DNA of 64,000 nucleotides from Intoshia linei (GCA_001642005.1 LWCA01000020.1:17708-81707); one strand, 5' to 3'; shown: positions 49,828-63,674, counted from the stretch's first letter. Numbers and translations are program-made. The notes: generated from the sequence alone by a model not told the origin.

Positions 49828-52800
49828 TTATAGAGAAAAATCGTTTGCTTCGAACAAGCCTTGATCGTATTTTTCGGCACGTACAATGCGGCATGCAAAA
49901 TAACGCCCATTCAATGAATTAATTGCATTTTCCATTTCTAGGAATAAATTAGATAAGATAACATTAAATAACCTTCTGGTTTAGAAAAACAGACAAATAT
50001 TTTAACATTCATATCTTCCTTTCGGTCATGATCCGTGTTTGGTTCATTATATATTACAACTTTTTCTACGAGTCCATATTTTGAGCATTCTCCAGTAATT
50101 TCTTCTTTTAGAAATTCGTCCACGTCACTATAAGACACCATATTTTTCAATACTACCACTCTAGACTACAAAATTTAAAATTACCAATAAAATAAATACA
50201 TCTTGATTTCTTTGTAATTTTTGCATTATCATTTTTCGAGCAGCAGTGCCTGAAATGCTAATATGTTCTTGGTGTTTAATAGTAGCAGAAATTGGAGGCA
50301 TTATATCTTCTGTGGTCATTCCTGCAGCTTTCAATGGGTCCCTTCTTTCCTCTTTAACTAAATTAAAAAGTTAAATTTGTAACATTTTTGATTATACATT
50401 TCGATACTTCTTCCATAGGTTTTGAAAATTCAATAGGAACAGTTTTGATAATATCATCTTCGATTTCAGGTATCACAATTGCTGGTGGTGGAATTACTGT
50501 TTTGTCTTCGTCTGGAGCATCGCTAAATTTTTGTCTACGTTTTTTCTAAAACAAATTGATAAAGAGAAATATAAATAAATTTACTTTGCTAGTTGGCTTC
50601 ACTCCTTTAGCTATGAGTTTAGCAGTTATCGCAGCTGCAGCAACAGACGTTTCTAAGCATTAATATAAATTAAATTATTAAAATAAACCTGTAGGCATAA
50701 TAGAGGTGGATAAATCAGTTCCATTAGGCTCAGTAGCACACTAAATAAATTTATCAATAAAATACAAATTTTATCAAATTACATGACCAACACGCAAAAA
50801 TTGCCCTCCTAGATCAAATAAATTCATTGCTTGAATTGAGTCTTTAGCACTGTGCAGTTTTTTATACGATATATACGCGTATCCTCTATAATTTAAATAA
50901 AAACGGAATGAACCATTTTTGGTATGTTTGCAACCAATCGCAACTCAATGCTCTGCGGGGTTTGTAGTGCTTATTTGTTTCGTATACGTGTCAATGGGAA
51001 ATAGACACTTTCCCAATGTAATTTTGGGCAGATATAACAATTAAATCAAAAAAGAATTATTAATTCAGTGACAATTTTTTACTAAAAACTATAATTTTCT
51101 AATAAAATTTATTATAAATTACAAATCGAAAGCTTTCATTGTCGAAAGTCGAGCTAATTATAATATTTTTACATAGAATTAACGATACCAACGAGACTGA
51201 AAATTCTCACACATTTTGTCAAAATTAGCTCACACATAAAAATCTTTTACTTATATAGAATTGAATGTCCTTTACCATCAAATTATAAAAACCCAATTTC
51301 CAATACAGTTTATCGAAAATTTTATTTTCACAAATTGAGTCCTTTATAGTCAAAAACCTATTTACCTTTTTTGTTAATTAATACAAACAATCCTAGAATG
51401 GAAAAAATAAGTGCAAACATATCGATAGTGGTTAACATCTATAATATAAATATTAAAAGTAGCTACTTGTGCTGAATTGGATTGAATGGATCTGAAACCA
51501 TAGATATATCGGTAATTTCTCCAAAAGCCTCAAAAATACTAAAAATACATTAATAATGATTATAAAAAAAATATTACAATAAAAATTACCTTTTAATATC
51601 ATTTTCACTAACATTTTGGTGGATTCCAGAAACGTAAATTCTTGGATATTCTCTAGCTATTAATCGCATATGTTCAATTATATCTGAAGCTTGTGGCATA
51701 TTGCTTGGTCTACCAACCTAAAAATACAGTAAAAAATTGTACTGCATCAATATTAATATGAAAATAAAAAAGTACATTTATTGACATTACTTTTATATTT
51801 CTTCCTCCCATAAGTATTCCATTCATTTGGTCCAAAGCTAAAAAGCCTGCCTCAGGAGTTTCATATTCTATAAAGGCAAATCCTTTGTGTTTATTTGCTA
51901 CGGTATCATAACTCATGCTCAAGTTTCTTATAGGTCCGAATGGGCCAAACGCTTGACGAACTTCCTCCTCTGAAATGTCAAAATTGATACTTCCGACATA
52001 TATGCTAAAAAATTACATTATGTTATTAATTATGTATATAATATTATTATTATTAATCATTTTGTTGGTTATGTTATGGATTTGGATTTTGTAGCGTTTT
52101 TAATAGGAAAGTTTTTTTACCAATTTTTAACCATTTTGAAGACAATTTTAGTCCCAAGATTTGGTAGGGTTTTTAAGTTAACATTTTTTTCACCCTATTT
52201 TTATTGTTACTTCAAAATCCTACTAAATTTTGGTCCCAAAATTATGTTCAAACCTGAATTGTTCAAAGTGGCTATTGTCATTAAAGAAACCTTAAAGAAA
52301 TCATAAAAATATTGTCAAAAAATAAATATTATGACTATGCAGCTCTAAGATGTATCGGTCAAATGAATGTTCGCCTTTTGTAGAATAGTTCAAAAATAAT
52401 TTTATTAGGGGAGTAATTAATTTGTCAGTATTTTCAACATGAAATTGTCAGTATACACACTAAAATATCAGTAATAAAAAGTATTTTGTCAGTATTCAAT
52501 TACATATTTGTCAGTTTTTAATTGCTTTCTTGTACATAATTGCATTTTTGTCAGTAAATATAATAAATTTATCAGTATTCATCAAAAATTGTAAGTAACT
52601 CAACAATAAAGTATATAGAAATAAAAAAATTGAATAAGTTTGATGATTTTGGAGTGTCAGTATCAAAATTAAAAATCTAGTTTTTGAAATAATATATCAT
52701 AAACTACAGACTAAGTTAAAACTGAAATAATAAGATACCATATACCTACAAACCATATTACAAAAAAATAGAAATATTCTATGGATAACACACCAAATAA

Positions 52801-55136
52801 TATTTTTTAATGAAATAAAATTTTTTTACTGCCCTTCCAATTTAAATACTGGCAATTAATTATTTATACTGACACCCTGTCAATTGGCACCTAAAATACT
52901 GACAAACCACCTACAATACTGAAAAATCAATGTTTCTACTGACAAATCAATAAGAAAAATACTGACGCGATAAATGCACGCCATTTTATTATACTAAATT
53001 AATCAATATGAAATCTAAAATGATAAAAATATGAATGTAGTCTTTTAATTTACTTCCTACATAGATACACATCTCACATACCATCAAAAAATAAAAATAA
53101 AATTTTAGTTACATTAAAACTATAATTAGGTAAATCTAACGAAGAAGTCGCAAAATAAATAATTTTATATAAGTAAGGATTCGATGATATATAGTAAAAT
53201 CAGTTTTTGACCGGGAATGCATAGATTTCTAGGATGAAATTTTGTATCTATATCTAATCAAGTGGTTCTCAAACTTGGGTCCGCAAGTTTACATAAAATT
53301 TTGAATTATTCAATTTTATATTTTCAATTTCTCTATATCTATACTGTGTTTGAAATCCTAATTTAACCTCAATTTAAAACATAGACTTTAATTTATTTGG
53401 GGGTCCGCAAGCAAAATTAAAATTAAACATGGACCAAAAAGTAAAACAATTTAAAAATTTTGATAACCCCTGATCTAATCGAATTAGCTGCAATAATCTT
53501 TTTTTAATTCTATGACCATTAATTACTTCTAATTTTTGTTTTAATAAAATAGTTACCAAATAAATAAAATTAATACAAAAGTGCTTTTGACAATGAAGGC
53601 GTCATTTTATGAAATTAATTTTTTTATGTATTAACTGGAGATAACTATCAGCTGTAATCTTTTTGTAAATTCTGGGACTATTTTAAATTTTTAAAAAAAG
53701 AGTAATCTGGATTTTGATCGTGAAAATATATTTTTTTAAGGTTGCAATTTCATGATAATTCTTATGATTTTAAAAAATATCACAAAATTTATATTTTATA
53801 AAATTTTAGAAGTTTTTGTCGTTTTGGCCCTGAAAATAAATCCTTTTGAAATTGAAATGTATAATAATATATATGATTTTAAAATCTGTATCAGTATATA
53901 TTTTTTAAATTCTAAAACTCATTTGATTTTAAAAAACAAAAAAAAGGATAATTGTTGTTTTTGACCTGGAAGATTTCTTTCAGTTTTTGAGATTGACATT
54001 CCTCTTACTTTCTCCGAAAAAAAGCTCACTTGAAAATGTTTGTTTGGATTTTTAAAATTCTAGAACTCTTAGCTATTGAAATAAACTATAATAGACATCA
54101 TTACACAAAGAATGTAGTTTGATGTACAAGTTACAATGTATAAATTACGACACATGTAATAAATTTTCACAAATTATTATTTTTTGAGACCCATGACAAA
54201 AATTTCCAAGTAATATATATTGATTTATTAATATTTCCCAGTTGAATATTACAACAAAATTTAAAAATTAGATTTAATTTACATTTACCAGTGTATTATA
54301 CTAACAGTTAGCTTGTGACTCAGATACTATCTAAAATGAAATCAAAAATTGCATAAATTACCGCAAAAATATTGTCAAACCATTTAAAATAAGTTTACAA
54401 TTTTAACATTTTTCCATTCCTAACTAGCCTGTTAATTAAAAGGCTCTGTAATATACACTTATAATTCCACTACCTTAAATTAAATAATAAAAATGATGAT
54501 TTTAATTTAAGCAATAAAAAAAAATAGTTTCCACCGCTTTACAATTCCAAACAGGAATCAATTTACAACGTAGCTTAATTATAATTAATATTTGTAATCT
54601 AAAATTTAGATTAAGTTATTTTTGTAACAAATATTTATTCCAGGCAAAAATAAAAAATTTCTAAAAATAAAACTTTTTAGAATTACAAAATCTACCAGAA
54701 AAGATAACTAGAATAACGACAAATAATAAAAAAGCAATGTACCGACACATGAGAGCCAACGCTTGACTTTTTTGAAGTGTGTCTTGAAAATTGATGCTTT
54801 GCTAAAAAAAGAATAAACTTGCATAAATGATATAAAAAATGTAACAATAAAAGGCATACTTGATTTTGTTGACTGAGAGTTTGCTTGAGTAGGACATTTT
54901 TGACGCTAATTTCTTTAGCATATCGTTTCGCAGCATTAATTCTATCTTTATCATCACGACACAACTGAATAATTTCATAATCGACAGTTTTACGCTTGGC
55001 ACCAGGTCCCAAAAATGTTGCACCAATACCGGGTGCTTGTCCTAAATACAACCATGATAATTAAAATTTTAAGTTTAGTGTATTCATATAATTATAATCA
55101 TAATTAATTACGCAATTTTGCTTTCACTCCATTCAT
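49828..55136 (-). CDS. PUF60: Poly(U)-binding splicing factor PUF60 / half pint
   Basis: Motifs [19 protein letters not shown] and QALALMC; RRM1 IYVGSINF...[11 protein letters not shown]...[16 protein letters not shown]; RRM2 RIYVSGIH...[14 protein letters not shown]; UHM VVLKNMV...[10 protein letters not shown]...LNGRYFA. Ends ANDFSL*. Confidence 0.93.
52400..52985. mobile_element. MITE/foldback with inverted arrays of TTGTCAGTA
   Basis: About 7 copies of (TT)GTCAGTA at 52420-52660 and about 5 copies of TACTGAC(AA) at 52865-52970. Confidence 0.65.
53260..53472. mobile_element. hAT MITE nested in a Helitron-family copy (~53200-54090)
   Basis: Ends AAGTGGTTCTCAAA / TTTGATAACCCCTG; perfect TSD ATCTAATC. 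The flanks rejoin into Helitron internal sequence. Confidence 0.75.
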
Positions 55137-55265
55137 TTTTAAAATTTAGTAAAAACTGACAAAATTGTACAAAATCGATATTTTCAAGATGATAAATGAT
55201 TATTAAACTTTATTTTTAAAATAAATAAATATCTATAGATACAATTTTTCAAATTATTTGTTCAC

Positions 55266-55707
55266 ATGGCAGGACCACAAAGAAAAAAACGAAACCACAA
55301 AGGCGATAAGCCAATACAAGCAAAATATCGGTTGAGACACAAAACAAGAGACATGGACCAAATTGTCGGGGACCTGAAAAATACAAACGAATTACAAAAA
55401 TTAATCAATCAACAAATTGATGTAGATAAAATTGGATTAGGTCAACATTATTGTATTCATTGCGCGTATATATTAATTAATTTAATTTTAATTGTAAATT
55501 AGAACTTATTTTCAAGATGAAAAAACTTTACACGTTCACATGAAAACTAAAAGACATAAACGCAGGTGTAAAGCCTTAGAAGAAGTTCCATATTCTCAAG
55601 AAGAAGCTGAATCGTGTGCTGGTCTCGGAAAGTATAATAAACCATGGTTTGACGTTATTCCTTCGATGGAGGAGGTGGTGGATTCTTTTAAGATTAAGGA
55701 AAATTAA
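55266..55707 (+). CDS. ZNF593: Zinc finger protein 593 / Bud20 (60S ribosome export), 2 exons
   Basis: [11 protein letters not shown]...[16 protein letters not shown]|TYF...[27 protein letters not shown]; 37-nt intron at 55466-55502. Confidence 0.93.
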
Positions 55708-55805
55708 TGTATCCAATAAATTTGTTTATATGTACAAAGTGCTTAGCATTTGTCAAAATATTAAATTTAATTTACATTTGTAGTACCATTTTTTATGCTT
55801 ATGAT

Positions 55806-58800
55806 ATGAAAAATTTTTCTGATCAATTGGGTGTTACGGTTATTTCCCTTTTTCTATTTTTCAATCATTCAGGATAGTGTCAAATTGGCTAATATACAAA
55901 ATATTTTGCAAGATGCTTTGATTTCCACAAATAATGTCAGCACCTGCGCTTTGTTAAGGCTTAATGGTAAAGTGATTGCGACTTCCAATGGATTTAAGGT
56001 AATTTATCTTTTCGACAAAAAATTTCGTTAGTAAGATTCGTAAAACTTTAGCTTATATTTTAGTTTAATTTTGGGTTTTAGAAATTTGTTTCGAACCAAA
56101 ATTTCAACAGGGGTTTTTAAGATTTTTTTTTTGAACCTTTTAAACAAAATTTGATAGGTTTTTTTTAATCCAATTTTGAAACATTTTGAAGATAATTTTG
56201 GGACCAAAATTTGATTTATAAAATTTCCTAAAAACACCCCTTGAAAGTTTAGTTCAAATAAAAAGTCTTAAAAACCCCTCTTGAAATTTTGGTTCAAAAA
56301 AAATCTTAAAAACTCCTCTTCAAACTTTGATTCAAAAAAAATTTCCTAAAAACTCCTTTTAACAGTTTGGTTCAAAAAAAACTTAAAAACCCCTCTTGAA
56401 GTATTAGTTCAAAAAAATTTGCTAAAAAACCCCTTGTAAATTTGGTTATTTTAACAAACCGCATACTTTATTTTAAGCTCAATAAAGATCAAATTGAGAA
56501 TATAGTATCAGCGATTACCGATATCAACAATATACGTGACGGAATTGATTATGATAACGATTATTACCTTTGTAGTCGAGCTGATAGTTACTCAATATAT
56601 GCATCTTGTGTAAGATTTTAATCATAATTATATACTAAATAATATGGGTACGCCAATTATAAGATTAATTTATAATTTTTCCAAGTTTAATATCGTGATA
56701 TTCTCAGCGTGATGACAAAGCCGAACCCACCATGCTTGAGTCCGGAAGTCAAAAATGTTTCAAAGTCAAATATTTTTTTTAAATATTCAATTTAGAAAAA
56801 TGAGGCCTAATTGTACAAAAATGTAGTCATTCCAGAAAAGTAGCTCGGCTACGATGGGTTCTGCTATGCATGATACCAATATTATGTAAATTAACCCTAA
56901 TCGAAAACGCAAACATGTGTTGCTGATTATTATCTAGCTGATTGTCTAGTGATGTGAAAATTTTTAGTCATGTTTTTAAAGAAAAAATTGGCATCCCATT
57001 GAAAAAATATTAAAAAGTATTGGAACCTTGATACTTGTATTTATTATTTATTTACGCTTTTATTAAAATTTTTCAATTGTATAAATAATTAATTAGAAAT
57101 CTAAAGGTCTAATAATAGTAAAAACCAATTGTCATATTTTATTTGCTACATATTCGGACAACATGTTTCCAGCTATTTGTATTGAAGCGGTGGAAACACT
57201 AGGTAATTCTATATATTTAATCAATAATATTACAATTAATTTAATTAATTTTAATTTTTAATAATTTGAAAATTTTTTTGATGATATATTTTGATATTTA
57301 TTGATAATTATATAGTCAGACTTATCAATAATAAATTTATATAATAGTGAATGATTTTTAGTAAAATTGTGACTACGCCATTGTAAAGATTATGTAAATT
57401 CATTATTTTATTCTAATTGTTGAAATTTTGATATTGATTTTTTGACTTAATTTTTATGGGTTTTTTTTTCATGTAATTTTTCAATATTTTGAAGATAATT
57501 TTGGATCCAAAGAGATCCAAAAGTAAGAATTTTAAACATATAATATTCATCATTAATTATTTTTAACGGTCATACTTACATTACTTCAAAATTTTCTGAA
57601 ATCCTTTAATGTATTCCATGTGATCAAATACGTTCAAATCAAATCAAATTCCACCTTTTCCTTTCAGTTTTAAATTTAACAGATTGAGAATGCCAAACAT
57701 GTCACATAAGTAAATCAACTTAGTAATCCAAATATTATTATTAAGAAATTGAGCCAAATAATGGTTTCTTTTTTTTTAAAATGCTGAAATTTCGGTTTTC
57801 GACTTAAATAGCCTTGTAAGGACCTTTTCTCGTGATAACCACCTAATTTCAGTGTGAAACAAAAGATGACTATGATTATATCTAACTTCTAAGCAGAATA
57901 GTTCAAATAATATACTATGATAATAATAATAATGAACTGACTTTGATATAATTCACAATCTTATATGCATTTTTTAAAATTTCTTTAAAATCATCAGAAA
58001 TAATTTTCAATTTCAAAATCTTATATTTTCACGGCCAAAACCTCAAATCACTCTTTTTTGTAAAAATTGAGAAAGAATTCATAAGCATTATCATAAATGG
58101 TAACATCAAAAAAGGTAATTTTCACGTTCAAAACCCAGAATACCTTTTTTATAAAAATGAAAACAGCCATATAATATTTGAAAAAAATTACAGATGATAA
58201 TTATATCCAGTTGACACACACAAAAAATTTTAATCTGATCAAGTGACGCCTTCATGGTCAAAAAAAAACTTTAATATTAATTTTTTTTATTTCGAAACTA
58301 TTTTATTAAAACAAAAAATTTGAAATAATGAGCGGTCGTAACATTAAAAAAAGAAGATTATTCTGATACAACTTATTCCAGTTAATATAAATACAAAATT
58401 TTAACCCCAGAAATCTACGCATTCACTGTGAAAAATAATTTTTAATATAATATCAACCAATAATTTTCAAAGTCATATAGTCATATGACGGGCCCACGTG
58501 AAACAAGTTTGGGAACCACTCCTTTAAAGGATTGATAATAGTGAATAGTATCATTTTTAAGTTAGATTTTCTTAGTTAATTTATTTTTTTGGTAGAATAA
58601 AAATGTTCCCTCGGCAGAGCTAGATGCTGTTTGTACGTAGTACATAACAGCAAACTAGTAATTTATATAAAGTTTCAATTTTAATTATAAATTTTTTCGT
58701 ATCAAAATTTTTACTAAAAATGAGTCAGTTGGCCCATACGTATTAAATTTATATTTAATACAATTGAAGTGCATTGTGCAGTGATTCAAATTTTTAAGAC

Positions 58801-59143
58801 ATTAAAGAATTGATACCCAGTTTTAAGAGACTGATAAATTTCAAATATATCTTAATTTTTCGAAAAAAAATTCCTACAAACATCAATTTCCTACAATTAC
58901 CTTACCCGTATTTTCTTATCCGAGTTATGCGGCCTATATCATAGCGTATAAAAAAACAATTAAAAAAAAATGAATATTCACTGTACTAACGAAATTTTTG
59001 AGAATCAAACAGTTGTATCACCTATTATATATATCACCTACATGATCGGCTTTAGGGTATTAAATTCTAATCTTAAAGGAAAATTTATCGCAAGTTATAA
59101 TTTTTAATTTTTAGCTGAATACATGAAAAGCAAAGGAAAATAG
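55806..59143 (+). CDS. PFN4: Profilin-4-like, 5 exons
   Basis: Exons 55806-55838, 55873-55998 (LQDALISTNNVSTCALL), ~56478-56610 (YLCSRADSYSIYA), ~57097-57202 (GLIIVKT..ILFATYSDNMFPAICIEAVETL) and 59115-59143 (AEYMKSKGK*). The start exon is less certain. Confidence 0.85.
56050..56450. repeat. Inverted ~31-33-bp minisatellite, same family as 19090-19900
   Basis: Forward units to ~56200, then AAAAAATCTTAAAAACCCCTCTTGAAA(G)TTTGGTTC units. Confidence 0.78.
57582..57995 (-). pseudogene. hAT (Buster/ZBED5-like) transposase fossil in a PFN4 intron
   Basis: Minus-strand translation with frameshifts and stops: LKEILKNAYKIVNYIK ... HLLFHTEIRWLSREKVLTRLF ... IWITKLIYLCDMFGILNLLNLKLKGK. Confidence 0.85.
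58010..58658 (+). mobile_element. Helitron-family copy with intact 3' end
   Basis: Ends CCCTCGGCAGAGCTAGATGCTGTTTGTACGTAGTACATAACAGCAAACTAG|T. Confidence 0.8.
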
Positions 59144-59178
59144 AATTAAAAATGTAACAAGAAAACAAATTTAATAAA

Positions 59179-61499
59179 TTATGAACTGTATCCAAACATT
59201 GTTATCGGAAAATATTTAGTGTGTCCTTTCCATTGAGCAGCAACTTGAAAAAAACTAAGTGCCTTCCATTCATGACCATCGACATCCAGAGTAATGTATT
59301 GATTTGGATATTTCGATGAACAAATTACGCGCGAAACACCATTTTGACAATGTACAATTGATTGTTCACGCATCCTGCCGTCTTTAGAAATTGATTTTTT
59401 GGAAATTCGGTTAATAATATTATTTTTTTTTCTTTTTAAAAACAAACAATTTACAGAAATTATATTCAAGTTTGGTAAAATTGAGTTTTCAGGTAAGCGT
59501 TTGACGCTTGCATAAATGCAAGATTTAAGAGAGATTTTGTTTTTTGACTGTGTCTGGCTATCTCGGCGGTATTGTTTTATTTCAAAAGAAGACGGTCTAG
59601 GTAGAGAAGTTAACATTGACATCCAATAATCTATTTGAAGGTCAATATGGGTATTAGAATTTGAAGAAATAAAAGAAGTTGATGGATATTGATCAGAAGT
59701 AGTGGAAGTATCATTACACTGCCAACTAGGTGCATCAGATGGAGACAAAAAATTTGAATCTCTTAATGGAGGATAAATATTTTGTACATTGAGGCATTTT
59801 AAATCTTTTGCACCGGTAGAATTTCGTTTACTACAGACATTATTTGATAATTTCTTTTTTGGGAATTGTTTAATTTTACTTGAAACTTGAGAATTACCGT
59901 TAGCACTGTTTCTACAATCACTCGATGTGTTATTTCCGATATTGACTCTATTAATAAACGGAACAAATACATGATTTGAGTTGAAATCGTTAAACATAAC
60001 TTCCGCAATTTGTAAATAACAAGTAGAACGTGCTGTTTTAATATACGATTCAATTCTTGAAGAAATTAGATCTAAAGATTTACAATTTAAACTTTTCTTG
60101 TTCATTAATGGACAATTTGATGAACCATCAACGTTTAAAAGTAATTTATTATCCAAAAAAGTAGATTTCCACATATCATCGTTAAAATTAAAGTTGTATT
60201 TAGCATCAATACTAGACAAATATGTCGCAAAGTCACTATTAGCGGACGCAGGAATAAACAAAAATCTGAGAAAATTAGTCCAATCATTTTGTGATTTTCT
60301 ATTTTGAGATTGAAGTACATATGATCGCAGAATCCATGAAACAAAGGCGTCGTCACCATAAATGAGTATTTGCAAAATAACAGGTCGATGCGCATTAATG
60401 GCACAAAATTTATCAATAGAATCCAACATATTCTGCATAAAAATTGAAACTGCCAAGTAAGACTTACAAATTAAAACACAATTAAATTTTTTCTTAAGTA
60501 ATGACAGCATTGTTTCTGTATAATTGTTCATGTCAATGAGGATAAACGTTTCAGTAATTTCTTTTCCATGTAAAATTGAATTAATCATATCAACAATTTC
60601 TGAAATTGTAGATGTTGGTAGATTTATTTCCTTTTCATATGTGCCACTTTTTTTTAAGTAAATTTCTTCATTTGAAATGTCAAAATTATTCCAACCATCA
60701 GAATCAGGTCGTCCACTAGTTATACATTTACTGGGTAAATTATCATTACATGATAATGTGGGACGTAATTTTTCTGCATTTCCTCGCATTATTTTATTTA
60801 AATCAATAGAATTGCTACGTCTCAATTTGCCATTGAGATTATACTTTTCTTTGATATCTTTTATTTTATGAGTGTCGGATTCCGTTCTTATTGAATTTGA
60901 ACTATTCACAGTTAAATTACTAAAAAAGGGTTTCAACTGTGGTCTAATCACTGTTAAGCTTTCTGAAACGTAAGAATCCAAACTACTATTGTCGTATACT
61001 TCATTAGAATCGTAAAATTCAGTATTTTCGTTATTTAAATATTTTTCAATTTCATAACCTTCCAAACGTTTTTGTCGGTGAATAAGATTAATTACTCCTT
61101 CATCCGTAGAATTTCCAGTATTTTTTATTTTCTTTATAAGTAGAATGAATTTTTGTTTTAATCTGTGCTAAATTTATAAATTAATTTTTAAAGAACAGTA
61201 AATTTATAACAATGTAAATAAATGTTAAAGGAAATGCATAATTTTTATAAAATTAATCTTCATCATTTTAATTATTTAAATTTGAGTAGCCAAGTGAAAC
61301 TAATTGGAATTCATGAAATTTACATGAATGAGAATTTCGAAAACCATCGAATTAAAAATACACACCTTTCCGCTCGTAGACTTTCCAATTTCATTTTCAC
61401 TTTCTGAACCATCAGAGTGAACGTATTCGACAATTTCTTCTTCCGTGTCAAAGGGCATATCCTCTGTCATTCCATTATCATTGACATAATTGTTCAAAT
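59179..61499 (-). CDS. Phosphofurin acidic cluster sorting protein (PACS1/2-like), last two exons; 5' part lies outside the window
   Basis: Exon 61499-61366 carries an acidic cluster. Exon 61167-59179 gives HRLKQKFILLIKK, RPQLKPFF, GDDAFVSWILRSYV, FLRFLFIP, LQIDYW and VSRVIC...VDGHEW...FFQVAAQWKGHTKYFPI. Confidence 0.9.
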
Positions 61500-62114
61500 C
61501 TAGATATTAATAAATGTATATTAAAATCCCTGTCATTGTCTATCGTTCGCTTATTGTCTAAAACAGGGTTCCCACACTTTTTCACAGCGAACAAATTATA
61601 AATTTATCGCGGACCATAAAAACAAAAATACCAAGTAACTTAAAAAAACTTTGATAAAAAACGTAATAAATTGACTTATAATTAGTCAAAATATTTTCAA
61701 AATTATTCGTGGACCGGTAAAAATTTTTCGGCGTATATAAGTTAGTTTAAAAATTAAATATATGTAACAGTTGGAAATAGCATTGTCATCATAAAATTTC
61801 CAAAATTACCTAAATGAAAGTAAATTAAATTAAAATAGTAGGCTGCTCATGACTGTAAGCCCAGATCATGTGACCCTTAGCGGCTAAGGCTTAGCCCCTT
61901 TCAACGGTCTCGCTATGCCAATTAAAAATTTATAATATTTATTAACCATATTTACTCTACAATGAATCAATATCTCAAAAACGCAGTATTACAAAAAAGA
62001 TAAATTTTTTTAAATTACCGGTAAAAATTTACCCATATGGAAAACTGGTATACACAAATTGTGTAACACAATACAAACAGACTAACTAATCCTTTGCTTA
62101 TATAGAATGTAATG

Positions 62115-63370
62115 TCAGTGTGTGTGTTATCGTATATTTAAAAAATTGACAGTCGCAGGATTTAAAAACCCAATTTTTAATACGGTTTTACCCAGGACTT
62201 GCTTTTATCTATTTTTCGGTTTCAGAATAAAATCAGCCCAAAAATTTAATAAAATATACATTCTGGGACACGTTTTAAAATCATTAACATGCTGTAAATC
62301 TCAGCCTCAAAAACAAAAACCTTTATAGTCAAAACTAAAAATTACCCTATGTTTAAAAAATGAAATATGTCCTAAAATTTTATAAAACATATATTCTGAG
62401 ATAGTTTTAAAAATCATAACCATTATAACAAATGGCAACCTCAAAAAAGTGCATTTTCACGACGAAAACTCCAGAGTGTATATTTTTTTTAAAAATCAAA
62501 ATAGTCCCAAAATTTTATAACATCTAAATTCTGGGATAGCTTTTAAATCATAAGCATTATAATAAATGAAAACCTCAAAAAAGTGTATTTTCACGACCAA
62601 AACGCCAAATTGTCCTTTTTTTTAAAAATGAAAATAGCCCTAGAATTTTAAAAAAAAATGCAGCTGATAGTTATATCCATTGAACACACACAAAAAAATT
62701 TCAATCTGACAAAGTGACGCCTTCACGCTCAAAAAAGCACTTTAGTATTAATTTTTTTTATTTTGAAAGTATTTTATTCAAACAAAAAATTTGAAATAAT
62801 TAACGGTCCAACAACTAAAAAAAAATGATTCTGAAACAAATTATTCCAGTTGATATAAATATAAAATTTAAACCCCAGAAATCTACGTATTCTCGGTGAA
62901 AATAATTTTTAATATATTATCAACCAACTAATCTATTTTTCAAATGTTTCGATTAAAATTAAAAAGTAAATATATATCCTAAAATTTCCAAAAATAAATG
63001 ACATTGAACGTCTACACATTTCCAATAAAGAAATATGGGTGAAAATCTATATAATTCATTCATTCGGATTTTTTTTCATTGCTACGCAATATTTCATTCT
63101 CAAATACTGATTTTCAAAAAATTTAAAAGTATAACTTAGTTATTATATCATTTTTATATTTATTTCAATGTTGGTAAGATTCACCTGAAATATGTTGATT
63201 GCGTTAATAATTATTGATACAAAATTGATATTTGTTATTCATCGAAAGCAGATCCTTAATATATATCATAACATTCAAAAAAACAAAAAGTATTTCAAAA
63301 AACTAATTCTATTCCACGACACCGGTATTTACAATTTTTAGAATTGTACTGTTTTTACTTTATTTTTAAG
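62115..63370 (+). mobile_element. Helitron-family copy (5' and internal part, with internal tandem units)
   Basis: GTGTGTGTGTT start; 62580-63100 is the reverse complement of the sequence at 30370-30880. Confidence 0.72.
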
Positions 63371-63674
63371 ATTATACACTAGAGTATCCACTTTTTTAAA
63401 GATAGAAAAATATATTTGCATATAGGTGTGTTTTTATGCACTGATCACGAATATGTGAAAATTAATTCATTTAATTGAAATTAATCCCGCCTGAAATTAA
63501 AAACATGATATTTTTATTTTTAAAAATGTGAACTATACTTTATTACACTATTTATTATTAATAAATATGCTATAATTTTAATAATGTATTACTTTTTATT
63601 AGTGTTGTAGTGATATATAACTATCGTACTAATCGAAATTCGAATATATACTTTTGATATAACTCACTTGTGAT

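Noticed and set aside
50988-51017. Interleaved GTGTC/GACAC and TGGGAAA/TTTCCCA complementarity (pseudoknot-like) in a PUF60 intron
   Set aside because: The loops are too short for a real H-type pseudoknot and there are no snoRNA box motifs.
54850-54860. PUF60 donor GTATGCCTT resembling a U12 5' splice site
   Set aside because: It does not match GTATCCTT and there is no U12 branch site; treated as a U2 intron.
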